From NCBI GenBank assembly GCA_951406725.2, contig OX597822.1:40486001-40550000 (forward strand): a stretch of DNA of 64,000 bases. The letters are read 5' to 3'. Source of the stretch: Octopus vulgaris. Taxonomy: Eukaryota. A program made the position numbers and the translations under genes. Of the stretch, positions 14,906 through 26,466 are shown one piece after another (position 1 is the first letter of the stretch; the number at the start of each line of letters is the position of its first letter). Under the pieces are notes generated by a model that saw only the letters and a program-made list of their open reading frames with translations, did not search any database and was not told the origin of the DNA.

Positions 14906-15152
14906 CTACCACCATATCTCATTGAAAGCAGTGTTTTTCATCAGCATGGGCTATGAGGATTGAAAAATTTAGGGAGGAATTTCCATGCTTTTGAGCATTT
15001 TAAAACTTGTCTGGTACTGTGGTAAAGAAATAAGAAATGTCCTATTTTCCGGCATAGAAGTCGACTCAATATACAGCATGATCATGCAGTTCCAGTATCT
15101 CGTCCTTGTCTTTCCAAATCCTGCCGCATTTCACGAGACCTTTCGGGTCTCT

Positions 15153-15509
<357 letters not shown>

Positions 15510-15510
<1 letters not shown>

Positions 15511-15920
15511 AGCAATTTTGGGTGAGGAGGTAAGTCGATTACATCGCCCCATTACTCAGCTGGTACTTATTTTATCGACCCAGAAAATATGTAAAGCAAA
15601 GCCAACCACGGCAGGATTTGAACTCAGAACGTAAAGATGAACGAAATACCACAAACCTTTTTAGCCAGCGCGCCAACGGTTCTGGCATCTCGCCGCCTTG
15701 CATGTGAGCAAATAATGGCTTCGAATTTTGGCACAAGGCCAGCAATTTATGGAATGGGGTTAAGTTGATTACATCGACCCCAGTGCTCAACTGGTTCTTA
15801 TTTTATCGATCTCTGAATGATGAAAGGCAAGATCGACCTCGACCACGGTGGCATTTGAACCCAGAACGTAAGAATTGACTTTGCCCAACGTACTAACAAT
15901 TCTGCTAGGCCGCCACCTTA
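15510..15920 (-). mobile_element. Two family B SINEs
   Basis: Reverse complement of the family B body, twice. Confidence 0.7.
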
Positions 15921-16469
15921 CGCATTATCAAGTATCATTAAGTATGATTTTACTATGTTTGTACATATTATCACCCCCCCCCCCCACACACACACACACA
16001 CGCGCGCAAACTGCACACACAGTCACACATACAAACATATGGTGATTGACACTTCTTTACAGAAGGTCAGCTCTTCAATTCGTAATGTTGTCATGAAATC
16101 CGTTTGTCCAGCTCTGGACAAGTAAGCCTACAGCAGATGTCACAGACATTTTCAAGCAGAAAAGTAACTTGGATTTAAGTCACCTCCTGTTTATGAAATG
16201 CAGCGTTCGATTCTCTGTGCTTCAAATGCTTTACACCAATCATATATCACTCCTTTCCAAACCGATCGATTTTCCGTCATCTGTTCCCAGTCTTCAACAT
16301 TCACACTAAAAGCCTTTAGACTTTTTTTTTTACGACATCTCGAAAATGTGTACATATAAACCATCTGCAATTCAGGTTTTTGTTATACGAGTTTACATTC
16401 TCCTAGGAGGAATTTCTAAGAAATAGAGATTCTTGCTCTGTGTGTATGTGTGTCTGTGCGTGCATGCGC

Positions 16470-16513
<44 letters not shown>

Positions 16514-16835
16514 ATGCGTGCGTGCGTGTGCGTGTGCGTGTGTGTGCATGCGTGTGTGTGCGTGTGCGTGTGTGTATGTGGCTTACAATCTAACCAGCCT
16601 ACACCTCTGACCCTAGTTCATTTAGACCCGAGAACAATTGTGCCTAAGCAGTGGTTCCACACGTCTCAAAAGCCTGGAACTGCCATAGCAGGGCCTCACC
16701 ACCAGAAAGCCATTAGACATACAAAATCAGAAACACGTACCCAGACACAGCTACTACATGTGCGCGTGCGTATGTATATATACACATGTAATATATTATA
16801 ATATATATTTGTGTGTGTGTATATATATATATATA

Positions 16836-18902
16836 TGTTGTAGTGAAAATGGTACTCCCCTTCCCACGTAACATACTACTTTGTCACGTGTGAAGGGAAG
16901 TACCAGCCACTATAAAGTCAGGCAGTCAGTCGTTGTAGGAAGTCAATAGTTGTAGAGTTGTACGTGTTCTCAGTTGGAGTCATTTACGTGGTATACCCAG
17001 AACACACACATTCATTGATATATACACACATGCATAAATACACGCATACAAACGCTTACCTACATACATACGTACATACATACATACATACATACATATA
17101 TACATACATACATACATACATACATACATACATACATACATACATACATACATACGTACGCACGTGTGTGTGTCTGTGTGTTTATGTGTGTGTGTGAAGG
17201 GGCATGGCTTAGTGGTTAGTGTGTTGCACTTAAGACTGCAAGATCGAGGTTTCGATTCTAAGACCGAGCGTTGCCTTATGATCTTGAACAAAGTACTTCA
17301 TTTAATGTTGCTCAGCGATCATTCCGTCATTTGACATGTGGCACCCAGTTTCACCTGTACAGGTAATGTCAATTTGATGGAGGGAGTGAGCTTATGTGAA
17401 CACAAACACAAAAAAAATCTCGCAAAGGTGGAAATGAACCAGAATATAACTCCAGAAACTGTCAGAAGAGAGCGATACGATATTAAAAGTAAGGCACGAC
17501 ACAGAAGAAATCCTACGCAGAGATTGTTTACAGATAAAACCAGTATGGAAGAGTCGGAAGACGGATAAAGTGTTTCACAAAAAACACGATATACCACAGG
17601 AGATAAATCCATGTATGACATGCGGTGGTAGGCACCTGAGAAAAGAGTGTCCGTTCAAAAAATCAAAGTGTTTTTGTTTTGTGAACACAGGACATATTAA
17701 ATCGCACTTTCAGAACTAAGAAGATGAAAAATTGGACCAAACGAGTAAAAAATAGTCTGTCATTAGAGAAAAAAGTTTATACAACGAAAAGAAAATTCAT
17801 AAAAGTGAAAATCGAAATCACTAGTATCAAAATGCAATTAGACACGGGTAGTGACATCACTATCATAAATGAAGAAACATGGCGAAAAATCGGTAAGCCG
17901 AAATTATTTAAATCAAATAAAGTAGTATATGGTGTTAGAGGAAAGAAATTATATTTCATTGGTGAATGTATTTGCAATGTAACTTTTCGATAGCGCCTTA
18001 CCATCCCAGATAAAATAGACAGGCAGAACGTTTTATGGACAGTTTTAAAAGTGCTTTGAGAAAAGCAAAAAAGGAAGTTACAGATGAAATCGCTCTGCAG
18101 CGGTTCCTAAGGGTATACAGGCTGACACCGAACCCCAGTACACCAGCAGGAAGGGCACCAGCAGAACTGATGTTCGGGAAGAATGCGAAATCAGCTTTTG
18201 ATAAACTGTTACCTGGCGAAGAAAGAAAAAGTACTAAGAAAAACAATCCAATTTTTTTCAAAATTGGTGATAAGGTGTACATGAGGTCGTATAAAAACGT
18301 AAAACAGTACCGGGAAGGAGGGAAAATTATAAAGTACACAGGAAAAATGATGTACGGAATTAAAAGACACAGAAACCAATTGAAGAAGAGACTCATAGAA
18401 AATGAACCAGACAGATTAGAAGAGTCTAAGCAATGGCTGTATGGCACATTCCAGGTACCAACACCGTTACAGGTGGTTGAAACCACGCGTACAAGTAGAA
18501 GGGAAAGAGTTCCTACAAATAGATGCCAAAAAGAAAAAGTATTAAATTGGGGAAAAAAATCATTAGGAGGAGGGGTGAATAAAGTAAAATAAAATTACTT
18601 TCTTCCCAAAGAAAAAAGAAACTAAAAGGGGGAGATGTTGTAGTGAAAATGGTACTACCCTTCCTACGTGACAAAGTGGTATGTCTCAGCCATTATAAAG
18701 TCAAACAGTCAGTTGGTATAGAAATTCAATAGTAGTAGAGTCATTGTACGTGTTCTCACTTGGGGTCTGTGTCTGCTACGTGATATATACGAGTTCGAGT
18801 TACCGTCAAGGTAGAGGTTTCTAAATCATTATCTTGTGGAGCTATCAGCAATAGCATGATAGAAAAGTCAAATATAATAAGATAAGGAATACCGCTACAA
18901 CA
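16836..18902 (+). mobile_element. Internally deleted Ty3/Gypsy LTR retrotransposon relic
   Basis: LTRs start TGTTGTAG at 16836 and 18636; the second ends CTACAACA at 18902. PPT AAAAGGGGGAGA at 18624-18635. Zn-knuckle remnant ~17610-17710, protease LDTGSDITII, integrase AERF...FL..YR.TP...PAELMFG. RT/RNase H absent. Confidence 0.85.
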
Positions 18903-18989
18903 TAATAGTGGCGACAAAAATATCACAGTGCCAACACTGCCATACAAATAGACAAGGATCCACATTACAACAATATACATATAAGATAA

Positions 18990-19152
18990 GGCGCAGGTGT
19001 GGCTGAGTGTTAAGTAGCTTACTTACAAGCCACATGGTTCCGGGTTCAGTCCCACTGCGTAGCACTTTGGGCAAGTGTCTTCTACTATAGCCTCGGGCCG
19101 ACCAAAGCCTTGTGAGTGGATTGGGTAGACGGAAACTGAAAGAAGCCCGTTG

Positions 19153-19187
<35 letters not shown>

Positions 19188-19330
19188 CTGTGTTTGTCCA
19201 CCCACCATCGCTTGACAACCGATAGATCAAGTTGTAGGCTCACAAAGAATAAGTCCTGGGGTCGATTTGCTCGACTGAAAGCGGTACTCCAGCATGGTCA
19301 CAGTCAAATAACTGAAACAAAAGAGTAAAA
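18990..19330 (+). mobile_element. SINE family A with internal deletion
   Basis: Homology to 12340-12744. Confidence 0.85.
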
Positions 19331-19341
19331 TAATATACATG

Positions 19342-19404
<63 letters not shown>

Positions 19405-19704
19405 ATGTGTGTGTGTGTATTTATGTATGTATGCATTCGTGTATGTATGTATGTTTCTATGTATGTATGTATGTATGTATGTATGTATGTACTGCAACGG
19501 TAGAGTGCAGACAAAAATACAAAAGCGAGTGGAAAATGAAAAAGCGAAGTGATAAGAAAAATTGAATACAATTCCGAAATTGATTTGAAAATTAGACTAA
19601 AAACTTTTCGCGATAATTTTCAAAGATATTTATCACTTGAAAATGGTTTAGAGTAAAACTGATAAATATATTATTTTCTATCAGAAATCAATACAATTTG
19701 ATTC

Positions 19705-19744
19705 CACTACTGCTGTTGTTGTTGCTGCTGCTGCTGCAACTACA

Positions 19745-19782
<38 letters not shown>

Positions 19783-19789
19783 AACAACA

Positions 19790-19827
<38 letters not shown>

Positions 19828-19837
19828 AACAACAACA

Positions 19838-19884
<47 letters not shown>

Positions 19885-19950
19885 AACTACTACTACTACT
19901 AGTAGTAGTAGTAGTAGTAGTAATGTTGCTGTTACTACAATTATTATTAA
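19705..19950. repeat. (CTA/CAA/GTA)n tract
   Basis: Direct inspection. Confidence 0.95.
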
Positions 19951-19989
19951 GACGGCGAGTTAAGAAAATTCCTTAGCTACATTTCTTCT

Positions 19990-20510
19990 CACATTTCACT
20001 TGAGGGATTACAACAACTTGAGGGATGTGCAACAACTGGTGTTGCAAAGAAGGTGAAATTAATGGCAAAGCAAAAAAAAAAGCGCTCGAGCAATTGGCTG
20101 ATAGGTAGACCAGACACATACCCATCAAGACTAAAGGCAGAGAGCGAAGGCTTCATCTTAGCTGCACAAAATCAAAGCTTATTGACCCGGAACTACCAAG
20201 TCAATGGTGATAAAAAATCGAGTAGGCCCAAAGTACGGATTCTGCAATGATGTGATTGTAACAGTGGACCACCAAATCTCTGGATGTATGGTTTTATAAA
20301 TCCCCACATGACAGAGTTGGCCATTATCAATACCGGTTAATATGTCGGCATTATAAAATCGAAACCAAAACGGTATAAGCACCACTCTGAGGATATAACT
20401 GAAGGAGATAATGTAATGGTTCCTTGGGACTTTTCAGTACATAAAGACAGAACCATCAAAAACCAGTAAACCGGATATTGTTGTAAAATATCAAAACAAT
20501 TTCGTTTATT
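19990..20510 (+). pseudogene. R4/Dong-like (REL endonuclease) LINE fragment
   Basis: LKAESEGFILAAQNQSLLTRNY, then WDF..DRTI..KPDIVV remnants. Confidence 0.65.
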
Positions 20511-20672
20511 AGTTGACAGGAGTGGCTGTGTGGCAAGTAGCTTGCTTACCTATGACATGGTTCCGGGTTCAGTCCCACTGCGTGGCACCTGGGCAAGTGT
20601 CTTCTACTATAGCCTCAGGCCGACTAAAGCCTTGTGAGTTGATCTGGTAGACTGAAAGAAGCCCGTCATGTG

Positions 20673-20735
<63 letters not shown>

Positions 20736-20756
20736 CTATAGTAGAAAGGATAATAA

Positions 20757-21157
20757 TCCTTTCTACTATAGGCACAAGGCCTGAAATCTGGGGAGAGGGC
20801 GGTGGCTAGTCGATTAGGTCGACATCAGTACGCAAATTAGTACTTAATTTATCGACTCCGAAAGGATAAACGGCAAAGTCGACCTCGGTGGAATTTGAAC
20901 TCAGAACGTAGCGGCAAACGAAATGCCTATTTCTTTACTACCCACAAGGAGCTAAACACTGAGAGGACAAACAAGGACAGACAAACGGATTAAGTCGATT
21001 ATATCGACACCAGTACGTAACTGGTACTTATTTAACCGACCCCGAAAAGATGAAAGGCAAAGTCGACCTCGGCGGAATTTGAACTCAGAACGTAGCGGCA
21101 GACGAAATACCGCTAAGCATTTCGTCCAGTGTGCTAACGATTCTGCCAACTCGCCAC
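20757..21157 (-). mobile_element. Dimeric SINE family B
   Basis: Two bodies joined by the TGTCCTTGTTTGTCC...CCTTGTGGG.A.TAAAGAAATA linker, as at 36303 and 54170. Confidence 0.8.
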
Positions 21158-21167
21158 TACCACCACC

Positions 21168-21213
21168 ATAATAATAATAATAATAATAACAATAATAATA
21201 ATAATAATAATAA

Positions 21214-21268
<55 letters not shown>

Positions 21269-21269
21269 G

Positions 21270-21326
<57 letters not shown>
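21168..21326. repeat. (AAT)n(AGT)n(GGT)n(AGT)n tract
   Basis: Direct inspection. Confidence 0.95.
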
Positions 21327-21749
21327 ATGTTGCTATTGTTGCTGTTGTTCTTGTTACTGATGTCATCATCCTTCATATCGTTGTTTTGTACAGCTGCATT
21401 CTGTGTCAATACGTATGGCATAGATTAAGAAAAGGTATTAAGTGATTAAATACTTTCAACTGCCTGAGCTGCCCCCCCTCACACCACTTCACCCCCCCCC
21501 CTTCCTTCATTGACCATTCAGCATTACAATGCATCAGAAAAACGCTCTCAAAAACACTGAAAGAAAACATGGCTGTATGTACGTGATATAAAAGTTAAAA
21601 AGAACGCTTCTTGTACGCATATACGTGATACTACACAGGTTCAAAAAGATTTCGTGCATGCGTGATGTAGGAGAGTAAAGTGTGAGCGAAAACAAAGATA
21701 TAAGTTTGTAAACATAGAAAGGTACTGAATATTGATTTATGTGTGTGTG

Positions 21750-21798
<49 letters not shown>

Positions 21799-21897
21799 CT
21801 TTCATCTTTTTCTTTTACGTTTTTAAGTCAATAGACTGCGGCCACACTGAGGCACCGCTTTGAAAATTTGTTTGTCGAATAAATCGACCTCAGTACT

Positions 21898-21975
<78 letters not shown>

Positions 21976-22020
21976 AAACAAGTAAAAAATAGAAAATGCT
22001 AAAATAATTTTATAGTGAAC

Positions 22021-22066
22021 ATTTCAGTACCGGTTTCGGTCATTTTGAGACCTTTTCAACTGTAAC
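22021..22066 (-). ncRNA. Minimal hammerhead ribozyme (inverted copy pLTR)
   Basis: Reverse complement of 26024-26069. Confidence 0.75.
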
Positions 22067-22752
22067 GATTAAATAATTAAATTTAGAAAAATTAGAAGAA
22101 AAGTTTTTTAAAAAAAATATTTCTATAGTAGTGTTCAGATTTAAGTGGCATTCTGCCTTTCTCTGACTCCCTTGTTTGCACTTGTGTGTTCGAGGTAGTT
22201 GTGAGTTCTTGGTAGGGTAGTAGAGGGAAGGCTGGTGAGGGAAGGGGGTGGGAGAATCTGGGAGTGCCCTGATGGTCGTATTTTGAATGGTCAGTGGCGG
22301 CTGGCAGTCTCAGTTCAATTCAGGATTGTTTATAGAATTAGCGTAGGTGTTATACTAAAAAACATTAGTGACAAACTTAAGGGGTAGGGGGTGGAGAAGA
22401 AGAAGAAGAAGAAGAAGAAGAAGAAGAAGAAGAAGAAGGAGAAGGAGAAGATGATGGTGATGGTGGTGATGATTATGACGACGATGATGATGATAACGAT
22501 GATGATGAAGAAGAAGAAGAAGAAGAAGAAGAAGAAGAAGAAGGAGAAGGAGAAGATGGTGGTGATGATGATGACGCCGATGATGATGATAACGATGATG
22601 ATGAAGAAGAAGAAGAAGAAAAAAACAGAGAAGGGAGAATATGAATGGGTGTAAATATAGCTATGAAGGGGCTGATTAGTAATGGATTCTATGGAGTGTA
22701 GTATTTGTGTGTGTATATATATTTTTTTCTTTTATTCTAAAGTTGAGGTATA

Positions 22753-24906
22753 TTAATTGTTTGTCGTAGACCCGTTAAGAAGTGGCTTGTATTTTGTAAT
22801 AAAGAGATTTTCTTTACTTATTCTTTGTCTCGAGGTTGTATCGTCCCTAAATTGGTAGAGGGGGAAAATTCTGAAGTTTGGTGTTTTTTTGTTGGCGCAA
22901 GTATCTATGTGTTGGCTAAAAGCTATTTTTCTGTTTTGGGGAATTTTTATCTGGGATCTGTGCAGGGCCATTCGTTTACGCAAACCATTTTTTGTTTGGC
23001 CTATGTACTGCTCTTGACACCCGGAGCAGGTTAGTGAGTATATTAGGTTCTCCGAAGCACATGTGAAGTTGCTTTTCACTGTAAACCGTTGTCCCTGTTT
23101 GAAGGAGAACTCCGAACCCTCGATTAGATAGTCGCATATCCCGCAATTGGGTCTTCCACATTTTTTTACTGTCGGCTTCTGTGTTGAAGAGTGAATTCGG
23201 GCTTGTGTAAGGAGACTTTTCATGGATCTAGGCTGTCTTTTGCTTTTTATGATCGTGTGTGTTTGGAGGATTGTGTTCATTCTGTGGTCTTTTTTTAGGA
23301 GGGGTATGTTGTGGAGGATGGTGTCGAAGGCTTCGTTATTGAGAGGGTTGTGTGTGGAGATGTATGGTAAGGCTTTTGGTTGTAAGTTTTTCTTTGATTT
23401 GGGATGTCTCAGTTCCTTGATGTTAAGTTGAAGGGCACGTTGAATGCACTTGTCAATAAGTGAAGGTGGATAGTTCCTGGTGATTAGGGTATCTTTTAGT
23501 TCTTGTAGTCGTGTGTCTCTGGTGTTTGCGTTAGAGACTATAGTGCATATCCTTTTTGCTAGATTGAAGGGGATATTCATCCTGGTGTGTCTGGGGTGGC
23601 ATGAATTGAATGGAAGATATTGCTTAGAGTCTGTAGGCTTATAGTATATGTCTGTTTCTATTATATTATTAGCTTTCTTAATGAGGATATCGAGGAAGGG
23701 GAGTTGTTGTTGGCTATATTCCATCGTGAATTGGATGTTTACGTCCAGTCCGTTTAAAATTTTCTGGAATTCTATGAGTTTTTCTATATTTTTATGCCAA
23801 AGGATGAAACAGTCATCTAGATATCTCTTCCAGTTGTTTTCTATGTAGATGGAGAAAGGGCTGCCATATCTTTCTAGAACCTTACGATACAGACTGATCT
23901 CTAGGTATCCTATGACTAGGTTGGCAAAGGAGGGGGCCATTCGTGTACCCATCGCAGTCCCCGATTTTTGTCGGTAGAAGTTGTCATTGAAGGCGAAGAA
24001 GTTATTTTCCAGGATGAATTTAACCCCTTCTATCACAAATTCTTTTTTGATGCGGTGTGGTAGTTCGTTGGCGTGATTCTCTAGCCAGAATTGGATTGCC
24101 TCTAGTCCTAGGTTGTGGGGGATATTGGAGTAGAGGTTGACTACATCGAAGGATACCAGTATGGTGTTTTTGTTTATAGTATTCGGTAGGTGATTGAGCA
24201 TATCTAAGTCGTCCCTTATATAGCTTTTGACATGTTTGAGGAGTGGTTTTAACAGGGTGTCTAAAAAGTTACTGAGGCGGTGGGTTTCGCATGCGGGACC
24301 TGCTATTATGGGTCTCAATTTGAGGTCATTAGGATTAGGGACTTTAATTATTTTGTCTGTAGCTATCTTGCATGCGTTGCTTATTTTTTCACTTTTGTGG
24401 ATCTTAGGTATACCGTAGAATTGGCTAGTTTTACTTGTGAAATTGGTCATATAATCATATTCTTTGTCGGTGAGCCCTGCTTTGTATGGGTTTAATATGG
24501 ATTTTAGTTCCCTCATTATTTTTTGTTGACTGTAGTTTTGTGCCTTTTCATAGTATGTTGTGTCTTCCAGCATAGAAAGTACCAAAGTTATGTAAAATGT
24601 CGTATCCATTAAGACAACAGCACTCCCTTTATCGGCCTCTTTGATTGTTATTGTTTTATCTAGTTTTAATTTGTTCAACTCAGCCCATTCTTTTTTGCTG
24701 AAGTTTGGTTTGTGTTTTTGTTTGTGCATATGTTGATATGGGTAATTTGATATGTGGTCACAGAAATCATCAAGTGTTTTATTCTTACCTTTCGAGGGGG
24801 TGTAGTTACTCCTATTTCTGGCTAACGATTCGTCCTCGTTGTATTTATCGTATAGCTCCTCAGTAAGTCTTAATTTTCTGCAGAATTCTGCGATGTCTTC
24901 TTTCAT
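22753..24906 (-). CDS. PLE RT-GIY-YIG, identical copy
   Basis: Translation identical to 27558-29711. Confidence 0.93.
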   Translation of the reverse strand: MKEDIAEFCRKLRLTEELYDKYNEDESLARNRSNYTPSKGKNKTLDDFCDHISNYPYQHMHKQKHKPNFSKKEWAELNKLKLDKTITIKEADKGSAVVLMDTTFYITLVLSMLEDTTYYEKAQNYSQQKIMRELKSILNPYKAGLTDKEYDYMTNFTSKTSQFYGIPKIHKSEKISNACKIATDKIIKVPNPNDLKLRPIIAGPACETHRLSNFLDTLLKPLLKHVKSYIRDDLDMLNHLPNTINKNTILVSFDVVNLYSNIPHNLGLEAIQFWLENHANELPHRIKKEFVIEGVKFILENNFFAFNDNFYRQKSGTAMGTRMAPSFANLVIGYLEISLYRKVLERYGSPFSIYIENNWKRYLDDCFILWHKNIEKLIEFQKILNGLDVNIQFTMEYSQQQLPFLDILIKKANNIIETDIYYKPTDSKQYLPFNSCHPRHTRMNIPFNLAKRICTIVSNANTRDTRLQELKDTLITRNYPPSLIDKCIQRALQLNIKELRHPKSKKNLQPKALPYISTHNPLNNEAFDTILHNIPLLKKDHRMNTILQTHTIIKSKRQPRSMKSLLTQARIHSSTQKPTVKKCGRPNCGICDYLIEGSEFSFKQGQRFTVKSNFTCASENLIYSLTCSGCQEQYIGQTKNGLRKRMALHRSQIKIPQNRKIAFSQHIDTCANKKTPNFRIFPLYQFRDDTTSRQRISKENLFITKYKPLLNGSTTNN

Positions 24907-25043
24907 TTCATTGTAGTTGGGGTGTTGTGGGGTGGGTGTAAACTTGAGTCCTTTGGAAAGTATGTTTATTTGGTTTGCTGTTAGTTCCTTGTGAGTTAGA
25001 TTAATAATTTTTATTACTTTTGGTTCCTCCTGCTTGTTTGGTG

Positions 25044-25816
25044 CTATCTTGTGTCTCTGTGTTTGCGTATTGGGTCTAAAAAATGAATGCGGTGGTTGGG
25101 ACGGTAGCTAGTATATAGTTGTTCTTTGTTGATTAGGGGTCTCCTGTTGTGATTTGTGGTGTGTGTTCTTGGAGCAGTATTGAGGAGAGCATCCCGATAT
25201 CCCATATTCGGGTGTGGTGTTCTAGGAGGCCTTCGTTGGTAATCATTGCAAGTGGTGTGGGTTTGTTGTGCATGGTTGTTTAACCGGTTAATGGGACGAA
25301 GATTTCGTTGGTAACTCCTTTGGGTGGGGATGAGGTTGCAGTGTCTATGCTGTGGGTGTTGATTTATCCTTTCTCTGCTTGAAGTGGGGGTATTCCTGAT
25401 ATTGTATCGCTGGCTGCTTACAGAGTTGGGGTTAGGTCCTGTATTCTTTTTTTGATAGTAGTGAAGGTTCCGATTTTTAGACGGGTGTGTATCGGTGTTT
25501 GGGTGTTGTTTTGGTTTTCTTATTTTCTGGAAAGGGTTGTTGGAGGCGTGCTCTGTTTGAAAGACGGCTTCATAGTCTGAGAACCAAGTGGCGCTTTTCT
25601 CCCAGCGTTGGAGAGATTTTAGTTCTTCTTTTTCACAGTCCTCTTTCCATAGTTTGGAGAACTTCTCTTGATCTGGGCCTTGGGTCATTTTGCGAATTTC
25701 TTCGTTGATATCTTCATCGGTGGATTTTATTTTATCCTCATTCGTTTGGGCCCTCAATTTCAGAAGTTCTATTTCCATTTTCATTTTTTCCAGTGCCATT
25801 CTCTCCCTGAGGTGTC
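25044..25816 (-). pseudogene. 5'-truncated ORF1 of the inverted PLE copy
   Basis: Identical to the C-terminal 251 aa of 26467-27420 and cut at the inversion junction. Confidence 0.8.
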
Positions 25817-26160
25817 AGGGCACTCCCAGATTCTCCCACCCCCCTTCCCTCACCAGCCTTCCCTCTACTACCCTACCAAGAACTCACAACTACCTCGAAC
25901 ACACAAGTGCAAACAAGGGAGTAAGAGAAAGGCAGAATGCCACTTAAATCTGAACACTACTATAGAAATATTCTTTTTTAAAAAAACTTTTCTTCTAATT
26001 TTTCTAAATTTAATTATTTAATCGTTACAGTTGAAAAGGTCTCAAAATGACCGAAACCGGTACTGAAATGTTCACTATAAAATTATTTTAGCATTTTCTA
26101 TTTTTTACTTGTTTTTTCATATATATCAACTCGTGTGTTCCTTTTCACCCTTATACATAT
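25815..26160 (+). repeat. 5' pseudo-LTR of PLE
   Basis: Direct repeat of 30186-30528 with few differences (e.g. GTAAGAG vs GTCAGAG). Confidence 0.9.
26024..26069 (+). ncRNA. Minimal type I hammerhead ribozyme, U3-A8 core variant (5' pLTR)
   Basis: gttacag TTGAAAA GGTC tcaaaat GACC GAAA ccgg TA ctgaaat; helix III is the palindrome ACCGGT. Confidence 0.75.
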
Positions 26161-26466
26161 CATTAACCCACACGAGATACAGAAAATGCCGACAAAAACA
26201 GACACAATCACCTCCATAAACGAAGAAATACTGAAAGAACTCAAGAAAATCAACACAAATTTGTCAACTTTTTTAACAAATTCGACTCGACACTTCAACC
26301 CAATCGAGAGAACAATGAAGAAACAGATACGAAAAATACAACCTCCGAAATTGTCGAAAACCTTGGAAACTTATGCGAAACAATTAGAACATTTTTCTCT
26401 AACAACGCTAACCAAGGACCTCCAAACGCGTCAATATATGGGATCAATACTCTAACAACATACCAA

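Larger units (their letters stand above)
21964..25816 (-). mobile_element. 5'-truncated inverted copy of the same Penelope-like element
   Basis: Near-identical reverse complement of 26648-30494 with an identical 717-aa ORF. 2-nt TC overlap with the pLTR at 25815-25816. 3' end abuts (TA)n at 21904-21971. Confidence 0.95.

Noticed and set aside
14325-14956. Poly-Asp/Met/Ile ORFs
   Set aside because: Trinucleotide repeat open in several frames on both strands.
22391-22654. Poly-Lys/Met ORF duplicated at 29810-30067
   Set aside because: Antisense reading of the microsatellite in the PLE 3' UTR.
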